Below are positions 8,600-17,912 of a stretch of 26,716 bases of DNA, piece by piece. This DNA is from an uncultured Nitrososphaerota archaeon. Its GTDB lineage: Archaea > Asgardarchaeota > Njordarchaeia > Njordarchaeales > Panguiarchaeaceae. The notes beneath the pieces are model-generated. The model was not told the origin of the DNA, searched no databases, and was given only the letters and a program-made list of their open reading frames with translations. The DNA is taken from NCBI GenBank assembly GCA_964636085.1, contig CAZWPQ010000012.1:15001-41716 (forward strand), read 5' to 3'. A program made the position numbers and the translations under genes. Position 1 is the stretch's first letter. The number at the start of each line of letters is the position of its first letter.

Positions 8600-9697
8600 G
8601 TGGCGATATTGTGGGAATATGGGGGGGAGAAGATCGTGCGGATATTAGAGGCTCTTAGAAAGGGTATAGGTGAGTTGGTTCGAGAATTTGTAAACCTTCC
8701 TCTAGATGAATTCATTGAAATATATTGGAGGCTAGAACCAATCGATATCGAACTTCTGTGTCCCTATAATTCGGCTCTCTTTCCTGTAGAGCCTATAAAG
8801 GAATATAGACTTGATATTCCTAGCGATGCGTTGTCCATAGAGTCAGATATATTGTTGGGGATTTTGAAGGAGAGAGGTTTTTGTGTTGGTTCTATAGACT
8901 CAGGAACATTTATATCGGGCCCGCATCTACTTGTGAATATAGTATTTGTAAATGTGGGGTATTGGTACCTAAATCATGAGAGCGGCTCGGGGGGTAGTGG
9001 TAACTATGCAGAAATGTTTTCATATGCCGGGGAAGGAGAGAGGCCCCAGTTAAAAATAAAGGATGCTGAGATGGTGGCTATAGAGAAGCTGGTAGACAAA
9101 ATGGATGGCAAGCTTAACTTTCTATTTATGGATGAATCTCTGAGCTTGGCATATACGATGTCTTGGAATTCCGAAGATCGTGAAAAAATGGTAAAAAAGA
9201 TATGCGGAATTCTAAATAGTGTGATGGAGAGAGGTGTTATTCCTCTAGGTATATACTACACGCGTGCAGCAGATATCGGCAGAGGTATACTCGCCATGAA
9301 GGGGAAAGAACTACCAATCCTCTCCGATAGAATCCTAATGAATAGAGTCTTAGGTGATGGGGCGCGATCTCCACTTTTTAAGGTTAACTCAAGAGCTCTG
9401 GCTAATAAGTTAAGACTACTAGCATTCTATCTAAAAGTATCTGAAAGGAATGTACTAAGGGTTGAATTCCCAGAATCTATGAGGAGATATGTCGATGACA
9501 TACACCTAGCAGTACTCTCCCACTCGGTATTAGGGGGAGGCTATCCACTAGCATTACAAAGGGCCCATGACCTAGCAGTTATAGGGGGAAGAGAAAGGGA
9601 GGTGATAATTGAGATGTTAAAAAACATGTTAAATCTTCCTAGCGACGAGTATATATATTCTAAAAAATGGATATCGAAGAGGTGTCCAATAATATGA
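8600..9697 (+). CDS. nurA: NurA 5'-3' nuclease
   Basis: VGSIDSG, LFMDESL, RVEFP and GGYPLALQRAHDLA (NurA GYP...AH motif). Adjacent to herA/mre11/rad50. Confidence 0.85.
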   Translation: MAILWEYGGEKIVRILEALRKGIGELVREFVNLPLDEFIEIYWRLEPIDIELLCPYNSALFPVEPIKEYRLDIPSDALSIESDILLGILKERGFCVGSIDSGTFISGPHLLVNIVFVNVGYWYLNHESGSGGSGNYAEMFSYAGEGERPQLKIKDAEMVAIEKLVDKMDGKLNFLFMDESLSLAYTMSWNSEDREKMVKKICGILNSVMERGVIPLGIYYTRAADIGRGILAMKGKELPILSDRILMNRVLGDGARSPLFKVNSRALANKLRLLAFYLKVSERNVLRVEFPESMRRYVDDIHLAVLSHSVLGGGYPLALQRAHDLAVIGGREREVIIEMLKNMLNLPSDEYIYSKKWISKRCPII

Positions 9698-10323
9698 CGT
9701 CTTGGGGAAAGTTGTTTGTAGATAAGAGCAAAGCAGTGGGGGAAGTAGCCGGCGTTGAGGCCGGAAAAATAGAGGTTTTTGTATATCCAGAATACTATCC
9801 AAGAGTCAGAGTGGGATCCGTATTGGCTATAGATTCTGAAGGCAGTAAACCAGTCGGCATCGTGATAAAGCTTGCACACACGGCTCGTCATGCGGGTATA
9901 GTTCCCCTAAGAAAAACAAGGCAAGAGATTAGAAATGCATATCCTGACATAGAAAGATACTATAGGTATGTGTCGACGATAGCATATACGAGTAATATAA
10001 CCAGTGGCAATATAGTCCATGTAAGGACATCCATGCCCAGACTTCATGATTTAGTCTATATAATAGGCTCTAATGATCTTCTCGACGCCTTTTTCAAGCC
10101 AGATGGCGAGTGGAATTTTGATTTTCTAAGGTACTACATAGCAGAGGGGGCCAGCATATTAGAGATAAGAGAGTTCTTCTATACGTACAAAGAATACTTC
10201 CAAGATTATAGAGATGATAAAGAGGAGGTAATATCGAAATTGGTAAGGGTTCTGCTGAGATCCGGCGTATCAAATGTGGCACTCTACATTGAGGAAATAA
10301 TCAATATGTTGGGGTGGGGGTGA
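9694..10323 (+). CDS. Standalone HAS-barrel domain protein
   Basis: VGEV...RVGSVLAI...VGIV...PRLHDLVY HAS-barrel pattern with a helical C-terminal extension and no ATPase motifs. ATG 9694 overlaps the nurA stop (ATGA) and follows a GAGGTG RBS, so it is preferred to 9667. Confidence 0.75.
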   Translation: MTSWGKLFVDKSKAVGEVAGVEAGKIEVFVYPEYYPRVRVGSVLAIDSEGSKPVGIVIKLAHTARHAGIVPLRKTRQEIRNAYPDIERYYRYVSTIAYTSNITSGNIVHVRTSMPRLHDLVYIIGSNDLLDAFFKPDGEWNFDFLRYYIAEGASILEIREFFYTYKEYFQDYRDDKEEVISKLVRVLLRSGVSNVALYIEEIINMLGWG

Positions 10324-10330
10324 CTTAAGG

Positions 10331-12070
10331 ATGCAGAGAAGAATACTGGGGAGAGTAATCTCAGGGAGCGTTAATACTGGAGTTAGTGTGCTTGTTGAGA
10401 AGGGAGAAGTAATAGAGGATTTTCCGCTGGGATCCATAGTGACAATAAATGGTAAGAAACATAAATACCTTGCAATGATAACGAATTCGGGCCTAGATGT
10501 CTCTGAATCCTATGTTGCAAGCCTCATGGGTTCTGATATTCCTAAAAGAATAAGGGATATAACAGTGGAGGCAAGTCGGGACAACATTAGCTCAAAATGG
10601 ATAGAGCTAGCATTGGTCGCTCAGTCACGAGGGGGAGAAACAAAAATAGCTGATACCTTTCCAAGTTTTTACTCAGAGATCGTAGAGACAAGTGAGGAAG
10701 AGATAAGACACTTCTATGGTTACGAGGATAGGAGAGTAAAGTGGAACATAGGAGTACCCAAGACACCTAGGGCGATAAGTGTTGAGGTACCACTAGATGT
10801 CGAAAAACTTATCGAATTGAGTTTTGGTATCTTTGGTAAATCGGGAACTGGCAAGACATTTCTCGGGAATATAATTGCAGGCTACATACTGCTATATGAT
10901 ATGCAGAAAAGCAGGGCATCTCCCTATTCCAAGAGGATAAGAATGCTTATATTCGACATGCACTCTGAATATGGTCTCGAACTAAGAGACAACATGGGGA
11001 ATCCCATAGCGGACGGTGTAGGGAAAATATTTTCAACAATGTTCAAGAGATATACTCCCGATGTAGAATTAGCTAGGACTAGGGGACTACATGAGTTAAG
11101 GATTAACTATAATGAACTTACAATAGAAGACCTCAGACTGATATGTCCAATACTCGGGATAACGCCTACTTTTGTCGCTCATCTATCAGACTATGAAAAA
11201 TACCTTAGGAAACTTCTGGGAGATTATTGGGTTTGGGGTCTCATCATTGATGAGTATATATCTAAAAAACTTCAAAGAACGGAGGAAGGAAGAAAAATCC
11301 TAATGGAAATTCAGCAAAGAACGAGGAAAAATGATTTTAGTGCTCTGAGAAATGAGATATTATCTGGCATCAAGAGTATTGGTGTAGCACTATATACGTC
11401 TTTTGTCTCGCAGACATCAAAACTAAAAGTCTTAGCGGATTATCCATATACCTCGGGCAAGAGCGCCATAGATGACATCGTGGAAAACCTTGTCTCTAGG
11501 GACGGATTAAACATAATCATAAGTCTCGGTAAATATGAGAAGGAGACGCCCCTATATATGATCATTGCTAACCTGATTGCTAGGAGACTAAGGGAGAAAA
11601 TACTGGAAAAAAGCATGCGTGGTGAAGAAATAGAGACGAAAATAGTTATATTTCTAGAGGAAGCCCATAATTTCCTCGGTAAGGAGACATATAGACAGTC
11701 ACCGTTCGGGGCAATAGCAAGGGAAATGAGAAAGAAGGGAGTCATGCTATGTGTGATAGACCAAAAACCAAGTGAACTGGATAGGGACGTTGTAAGTATG
11801 CTCTGGACAAACTTTGTATTCACATTAACTGACAGGAACGATATAGATGCGGCATTGCTAGGTATTCCTCGGCCAGACTTATTTAGAAAAGTCGTTCCAG
11901 TAATGGGCCGAAGGGAAGTACTTATATTTGGCGAGGCAATAAATTTTCCCGTTGTTATACTGGTGAAAGACTATCGTGCTGTGGCTGAATATTTTAAGGA
12001 GATTACAGGAGAGGTAGAGAGAGATATAGACAGGAGGGAGAGTCTGGCGAGGGCCGATGGCTTTATTTAG
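10331..12070 (+). CDS. herA: HerA/FtsK-family DNA translocase/helicase
   Basis: N-terminal HAS barrel (LGRVISGS...PLGSIVTI). Walker A GKSGTGKT, LIFDMHSEYG, Walker B IFLEEAH, IAREMRK, DQKPSEL. Confidence 0.93.
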   Translation: MQRRILGRVISGSVNTGVSVLVEKGEVIEDFPLGSIVTINGKKHKYLAMITNSGLDVSESYVASLMGSDIPKRIRDITVEASRDNISSKWIELALVAQSRGGETKIADTFPSFYSEIVETSEEEIRHFYGYEDRRVKWNIGVPKTPRAISVEVPLDVEKLIELSFGIFGKSGTGKTFLGNIIAGYILLYDMQKSRASPYSKRIRMLIFDMHSEYGLELRDNMGNPIADGVGKIFSTMFKRYTPDVELARTRGLHELRINYNELTIEDLRLICPILGITPTFVAHLSDYEKYLRKLLGDYWVWGLIIDEYISKKLQRTEEGRKILMEIQQRTRKNDFSALRNEILSGIKSIGVALYTSFVSQTSKLKVLADYPYTSGKSAIDDIVENLVSRDGLNIIISLGKYEKETPLYMIIANLIARRLREKILEKSMRGEEIETKIVIFLEEAHNFLGKETYRQSPFGAIAREMRKKGVMLCVIDQKPSELDRDVVSMLWTNFVFTLTDRNDIDAALLGIPRPDLFRKVVPVMGRREVLIFGEAINFPVVILVKDYRAVAEYFKEITGEVERDIDRRESLARADGFI

Positions 12071-13271
12071 ATCTCTAAAAATTGTCCATACGGCCGATTT
12101 CCATCTCGGCAACAGATTTGTTGGTCTAGAGGGCAATAAAGTTGAAGAAATACGGAGAGAGGACATGTATAGAAACCTAGACATAATAGCTAATTACTGT
12201 ATTAGGAATCACATCGACCTCGTGCTGATATCTGGCGATATTTTCCATAGAAGTAACCCAAACCCTAGAGACTTTGTCAGATTCTCTAGCTTTATCGGTA
12301 AGCTTACGGGCAATGGGACATATGTAGTGATTATAGCTGGGAATCATGATAAGCCCAAGATATCAGGCGCAAAAAATCCGCTGGAAGGACTAGTCGAGGC
12401 GGGAGTGCCTAGACTTTATTATTTTCAGCAAGTCCCAAATGAACCATTGATCCTAAGGATTAAGGATAAATTCATTGGAATAGCACCAATACCATACATA
12501 GACCCAACAGTCCTAAAAGCATATGATATACAGATGAGCTATGAGAAATACATGGAGAAATGGATAACATACTTTAGGGATAAGATGTCCGAACTAAACC
12601 TGGACTTTAGAATACTTATGGCACATGTCATGCTTAGGGAAGCAGATCTAACAAAAATACCATCCCTATATGCCGAGGAGCCAAAAATTGGGTATGGCTC
12701 GCTTCACGAAGATTCCTTCGATTATGTAGCTCTAGGCCACGTGCACAAGCCCCAGCAAATTGGTAGAAGAACATATTACTGTGGGTCAATAGAGCGTATG
12801 GCTTTCGATGAGGAAAATGAAAAGAAGGGATTCTATTATCTAGAACTGACAGGTGATGGTGTGCATTCAGAGTTAGTGGAGTTGCCATGCAGACCTATGG
12901 TCACAAGGAAATTAAAGATAGAGTCCATGTCAAGGGATGAGATCATAAATACTTTCAGGAGAATGCAGGATATTCCAAAAAACTGTATTTTGAGGCTTAT
13001 CATAGAAGCAGATAGAGAAATGTGGTCCCTAATAGATGAGCTTAGGGTACGTATTCGTGATATATTACTTACGGGGCTTGGTGTTCTGGGATATTCACTA
13101 AGGAGATCCATAATTGATATACATACCCCAATAAACATAGAGCTGGACACAGAATTTAGTATTAGGAAGAGGGTATTAGAGTACATAGAATCGTTCAAAG
13201 TTGATCCCGAACTCAAGATACGCGCTAAAGAACTCGCCATAAGCATTATGGATGAGGTAATGCTAAGATGA
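12057..13271 (+). CDS. mre11: Mre11/SbcD nuclease
   Basis: Phosphoesterase motifs HTADFHLG, GDIFH, AGNHD, MAH, DYVALGHVH and YCGSIER. Directly upstream of rad50. Confidence 0.92.
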   Translation: MALFRSLKIVHTADFHLGNRFVGLEGNKVEEIRREDMYRNLDIIANYCIRNHIDLVLISGDIFHRSNPNPRDFVRFSSFIGKLTGNGTYVVIIAGNHDKPKISGAKNPLEGLVEAGVPRLYYFQQVPNEPLILRIKDKFIGIAPIPYIDPTVLKAYDIQMSYEKYMEKWITYFRDKMSELNLDFRILMAHVMLREADLTKIPSLYAEEPKIGYGSLHEDSFDYVALGHVHKPQQIGRRTYYCGSIERMAFDEENEKKGFYYLELTGDGVHSELVELPCRPMVTRKLKIESMSRDEIINTFRRMQDIPKNCILRLIIEADREMWSLIDELRVRIRDILLTGLGVLGYSLRRSIIDIHTPINIELDTEFSIRKRVLEYIESFKVDPELKIRAKELAISIMDEVMLR

Positions 13272-15637
13272 AATTGGTGAAGCTAAAAATTGAGAATATA
13301 GCGACATATGAGAAACAAGAAATAGATTTCTCCTCATTGAGATTCCCAGTGTTTGTAACTGGTAAGACTGGGTCAGGTAAAACAACATTATTTGTCGATG
13401 CGATCACGGCTGCGCTCTACGGCAAGGCATATAACGTTGCCAAGCAAGGATTTTACAAAGAACTCATAATGAAGGGAAAGGAATATGGGAGGATCGTGCT
13501 TAGGTTTTATATGAGTGGATGTGAGTATGAGATCTCGAGGACTTTTTATAGGGACTCCTCAAAAAGCCCAACAGTATTTTTGAAGGTGATAGAGAACGGG
13601 GAGGAAAGAGTTGAAACATATAGAAAACAAACAGTAGAGCAGAGAATTTTAAAGATGATAGGGGCGGACTATAATACACTACTAAATTCAGCCATAGTTA
13701 GGCAAGGAGATGTATACCAATTCGTCGAAATGACAGGTGCCAAGCGTAGAGAGCTCTTAATAAATATCTTTAGAATAAGTCTAGACAATCTTAAAGAGGT
13801 TGCCAGGAATAGGCTGAATAAGGTATCTGGAGAGCACCAGAGAATTAGTGGTAGGATTGAGGAAATTGAAAAAATTGTTGCAGATGAGAAAAAATATAGG
13901 GAGGATTTGGAGCACCTAAGGAATGAAAAACCAACTATAATTGCAAAGCTTAATGATCTCAAAAACCAAAAGAGGATTTTGGAAGAAAAACTAGAACAAG
14001 TAAACAATCGATATGGCGAACTCCGACAAAAATTGGAGACGATTCTAGAGTTTGAGCGACAACTACTGGATAAGAAAAGGAAGAGAGAGGAGATAATGAA
14101 AAGCGTCATAGAAATTGAGAAGAAAATGGAGAAATATTCAATCGAAAAAATAGCGTTGGCGGATAGATTTGAAAAAAGCTTGAATGACTATAAGGTAAAG
14201 AAAGAGGGATTGTCAAGGATGAAGAACGAGCTTGAGAGACTTCAGCAATTGCTTGAAAAAAAGAAAAAACTTGAGCAGAAATTACTGGATTATAAAAAAT
14301 TGGAGCACGTAGACGAGCAACTAGCAGAATTAAGGGATCGGAAAGGCGATATAGAGAGGCAGATTGGTGCGCTTCAGTCAAGCATAGAGTCCATAAATGA
14401 TGCCCTGAATAAACTCAAAACCAGTGGTGCAAGATGCCCTGTTTGTGGTTCTGAGTTATCTGAAATGAAAAAACATGAGCGAGAGATTCATCTAAAGCGA
14501 GAGATGGAGCAGCATAAAAAGATGCTCATGGAAAAGAAGTACGAGTTGGCGGAGATAAATAATAGACTTAAAGAGCTAGAAGCCCTATCAAAGAAGAAGC
14601 AAAAACTCGATGGCGAGATTTGTAGACTGCGCGAAGATTTACGTGGTGTCCACATAGACGAAGAACTGGTACGGGAAAAGGAGACAAAGATAAGTGAGGT
14701 TGAGAGTGCAATAAATGCTATTTTGGAAGACATAGCAAGATATACCAATACTAGGGAAATCGGTGAGGCCGAGGCTAGGATAAGAGAGATGCGAAAATTA
14801 AAGGAAAGAATTCCAGAGCTTAAGGAAAAGAAGAGAATCATAAATGAACTAGATGGAGAGATCGAAAGTCTTTCCAAGAAAGTATCCGCCAAAGTCGAGA
14901 TCGAGAAAAATATAGCACAAATAGAGCTAGAGAGGACAAAACTAAGAAATCAGCTGAGCGAAATAAATAAGGAGATATCGAATCTAGAACAGCGTCTAGG
15001 AAAAATCGATGAACGCATATCCTTACTAGAACAGAAGCTAAGTGAAATAGAAGCACTAAAAAAGGATCTTAAAGAATTGAAGAAGAAAAAACAAGAATTA
15101 GAGCTCGACGAGCGTGCCTACGAGTTCCTTATAAAACATATTTTTAGCCAGGGAGCTCTACCCGCCAAATTGCTTGAAGAATATCTACAGTATATTGAAA
15201 ATGATGCAAATGACTACTTGGCAAAATTTGGCCAAGATATAAGGATAAGGTTGATAATTAGGAAAATTAGGGACACGCAAACAGTTGATATAAAGGCATA
15301 TGCTAATGGATATGAAAGGCCTATTGAGACATTTAGTGGTGGAGAAAGAACACTGATAGGGTTCGCAGTTAGGCTCGCCATAGGTAGACTTCTCGCCCGG
15401 ATAAGCTCAATAAAGGAAAAACCAAGATTTTTGATAATTGACGAGGGCTTTGGCCCACTGGATGAGGAATGCAGACATGCCGTAGCAGAAGCCCTATCTA
15501 GGTTGTATGAATCCAGCGAATATGAGCAGATAATTGTGATATCACACCAGCAGGACCTAAAATATCATCCAATATTCAAAACAATAATAGAGGTAGTAAA
15601 AACAGATAACGGCATAAGCAGGGTATTTATAAGATAG
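13268..15637 (+). CDS. rad50: Rad50/SbcC SMC-like ATPase
   Basis: Walker A GKTGSGKTT, Q-loop VRQGD, long coiled coils with central CPVC zinc hook (14435-14446), signature FSGGE, Walker B/D-loop IIDEGFGPLD, H-loop VISH. Confidence 0.93.
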   Translation: MKLVKLKIENIATYEKQEIDFSSLRFPVFVTGKTGSGKTTLFVDAITAALYGKAYNVAKQGFYKELIMKGKEYGRIVLRFYMSGCEYEISRTFYRDSSKSPTVFLKVIENGEERVETYRKQTVEQRILKMIGADYNTLLNSAIVRQGDVYQFVEMTGAKRRELLINIFRISLDNLKEVARNRLNKVSGEHQRISGRIEEIEKIVADEKKYREDLEHLRNEKPTIIAKLNDLKNQKRILEEKLEQVNNRYGELRQKLETILEFERQLLDKKRKREEIMKSVIEIEKKMEKYSIEKIALADRFEKSLNDYKVKKEGLSRMKNELERLQQLLEKKKKLEQKLLDYKKLEHVDEQLAELRDRKGDIERQIGALQSSIESINDALNKLKTSGARCPVCGSELSEMKKHEREIHLKREMEQHKKMLMEKKYELAEINNRLKELEALSKKKQKLDGEICRLREDLRGVHIDEELVREKETKISEVESAINAILEDIARYTNTREIGEAEARIREMRKLKERIPELKEKKRIINELDGEIESLSKKVSAKVEIEKNIAQIELERTKLRNQLSEINKEISNLEQRLGKIDERISLLEQKLSEIEALKKDLKELKKKKQELELDERAYEFLIKHIFSQGALPAKLLEEYLQYIENDANDYLAKFGQDIRIRLIIRKIRDTQTVDIKAYANGYERPIETFSGGERTLIGFAVRLAIGRLLARISSIKEKPRFLIIDEGFGPLDEECRHAVAEALSRLYESSEYEQIIVISHQQDLKYHPIFKTIIEVVKTDNGISRVFIR

Positions 15638-15641
15638 GGAG

Positions 15642-16067
15642 ATGGGTTTGAGAATCCAAGAGGGGGAACTACAAGAAGTCATAGAGGAAGCAAAAAGAAT
15701 AGCCAATAATTGCTATTCTCCCTACTCCAAGATTCGTGTAGTGGCATGCCTAGTATGCGATGAGGGAAAATTCTGGGGTGTAAATGTTGAGAATGCATCA
15801 TATGGACTAACGATATGTGCGGAAAGATCTGCAATCGCTAGCGCTATATCAAATGGCGCCAAAAAATTTTTGTGGATGCTGATATATTCTCCTGACATAA
15901 TCCCCATACCCTGCGGAGCATGCAGACAAGTCATAGCAGAATTCGTAGATGGTGATTTTCCAATAATAGTGGCTACTGGCAAAGAAAAAATCTCAATATA
16001 CAAGTACAGGCTGATCGAATTATTCCCCCACAGCTTTTGTATCCAGAAAAACCATAGACATGTATAG
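15642..16067 (+). CDS. cdd: Homotetrameric-type cytidine deaminase
   Basis: YSPYS, GVNVENASYGLTICAERSA and PCGACRQ zinc motifs. Starts 4 nt after the rad50 stop. Confidence 0.93.
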   Translation: MGLRIQEGELQEVIEEAKRIANNCYSPYSKIRVVACLVCDEGKFWGVNVENASYGLTICAERSAIASAISNGAKKFLWMLIYSPDIIPIPCGACRQVIAEFVDGDFPIIVATGKEKISIYKYRLIELFPHSFCIQKNHRHV

Positions 16068-16175
16068 ATTTCCATGATGCTGATACATATTTGGATATTA
16101 CTTTGTTTAAAAAATGGGTGATGTAGATTTTTTAATAGCCTAGACTATCATCAAGGTAGAGAGTGATGATACCCA

Positions 16176-17744
16176 TTGATGACTAGTCCAGCTCGTGTCT
16201 CCATAAGGGCGATATCCATATATCTTGTTGTTTTGACATCAATGGTTATAGGCGGTATACTATCTGGTCTATCCATAACTGCGCTTATCTGTCTTATCAT
16301 ATTTACTTTGTGCATATTTCTAATAGCAACAGAAATGCTAATTAGGTCTACTGCAGCTTTATTTGGTGCATTTCTTGTTCTAATCGTATTCGTTATAGCG
16401 GGTAGTTATACCCCCTCAGAAATTGTTCATTCATATGTGGAGGTAGATACAATACTTACGTTATTTGGAATAATCATCGTTGCGTCATTAGGCTTAAAAA
16501 GTGGGTTGTTTTATTTTATAGGAATGAAGATAGCGAAAGCTTCAAAGGGGGATCCAATAGTCCTGTATTTTACATTGGCACTATTCACATTTGTATTAAA
16601 CATAATCCTTATCACTGTTGCCGCCATTGTCGTTGTTGTGTCCCTAACATTGGCCATATGCGATATATTAAAAATAGATCCTAGGCCCTATGTAATTATG
16701 GAGATATTCATTGCGAATGTTTCATCTCCGGCAGTCATGATATCATCTGTCCCCAACATTGTAATAGCAGAGAAGGCACCATTATCATACTCATTCTTTA
16801 TAGTCAATCTACTGCCATTCTCAATAATATTTTTTCCCATCAGCATATGGATGCTATATTCCTTATTCCAACCACCAACTGTTGTGGATTTAAGGCGTGC
16901 AATGGCGATCCAAGAAATAGACGAGTGGCTTTTTGTCAAAAATAAGAAGGAATTCTATGTCTCTGGATTATGTATCACTGGGCTAATCGTGGGATTTATT
17001 GTTTGGAGAGAACTAATGGTTATATCGATCCTTTTTGCTGTTATTTCCATGATATTCTATTCGAATCCTGATGCATTACTACATGACGTTGACTGGGACA
17101 CGTTAATATTTTTTGTTGGGTTCTATATCGTTGTTGCAGGCCTATCGCTAACCGGGATTCTAGACAGTATTGCGGATGGGCTCCTAAGAGTGTCTAGAGG
17201 CAACATATATACGCTGATAACATTACTCTTTTGGATCTCTGTAATATTGAGTGGATTTGTAGACAATATCCCCTATGTGCTCGTAATAATACCAATAATA
17301 AAGATACTGGTCTCTACGTCATCATTTGCGCAATTCGAGAGTATTTTATGGATATCCTTAATACTAGCATGCAATATTGGCGGGGGCTTAAACCCCTATG
17401 CATCTCCACAAAACCTACTAGCCCTATCCATGGCTAAGAGGGCGAAGTATCCAATAATGTCTAGGGACTTCTATAAGGTAAGCATAAAATGGACGATTAT
17501 TGGCAGTATATTGGCCTATATTTATCTGATGGTATTCCTAATTACTCCAATTGCGATGTCACGAATAGGTCCAGCAAAGTACATATTATTATTGACGACA
17601 TCCATCGCAATAACTACGATCATATGTCTCCATAAGGCAGTCGGATTAAGAAGGTCTTGGAGGTATCTAAGAGTTGCTATTTCTACACTATCAGTGTCAG
17701 TAAGGAGACTCAAACGGAAACTTTTGGCCTCTGTATCTAGATAA
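16176..17744 (+). CDS. ArsB/NhaD/P-protein (ion transporter superfamily) membrane transporter, paralog A
   Basis: Many hydrophobic segments. TILTLFGIII, DPRPY...E, VDWDTLIFFVGFY, SGFVDNIPY, CNIGGG...QN. Confidence 0.85.
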   Translation: MMTSPARVSIRAISIYLVVLTSMVIGGILSGLSITALICLIIFTLCIFLIATEMLIRSTAALFGAFLVLIVFVIAGSYTPSEIVHSYVEVDTILTLFGIIIVASLGLKSGLFYFIGMKIAKASKGDPIVLYFTLALFTFVLNIILITVAAIVVVVSLTLAICDILKIDPRPYVIMEIFIANVSSPAVMISSVPNIVIAEKAPLSYSFFIVNLLPFSIIFFPISIWMLYSLFQPPTVVDLRRAMAIQEIDEWLFVKNKKEFYVSGLCITGLIVGFIVWRELMVISILFAVISMIFYSNPDALLHDVDWDTLIFFVGFYIVVAGLSLTGILDSIADGLLRVSRGNIYTLITLLFWISVILSGFVDNIPYVLVIIPIIKILVSTSSFAQFESILWISLILACNIGGGLNPYASPQNLLALSMAKRAKYPIMSRDFYKVSIKWTIIGSILAYIYLMVFLITPIAMSRIGPAKYILLLTTSIAITTIICLHKAVGLRRSWRYLRVAISTLSVSVRRLKRKLLASVSR

Positions 17745-17912
17745 GAATATTAAAGGAGTATTCAACGCTGTAGCGACCCCTGACTGTTGTATATGTTGTT
17801 AGTTTTAAGATTCGCATATATTTCCTTTTTTAATGGATGTGTTTCTATTTACGACACTTTGGAATACTGTTCATAATACCCCCTGGGACCATCTGCACCA
17901 TAGACGAGATGT

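Noticed and set aside
9694-12070. Split or frameshifted herA
   Set aside because: herA has its own N-terminal HAS barrel and start, so the upstream HAS gene is a separate protein.
11440-15056. Antisense ORFs inside herA, mre11 and rad50
   Set aside because: Ser/Phe/Leu-rich shadows of Lys/Glu-rich sense codons.
15642-16067. APOBEC-like DNA-editing deaminase coupled to repair
   Set aside because: The sequence is a standard free-nucleoside CDA (CAE, not HAE) with no extra domain.
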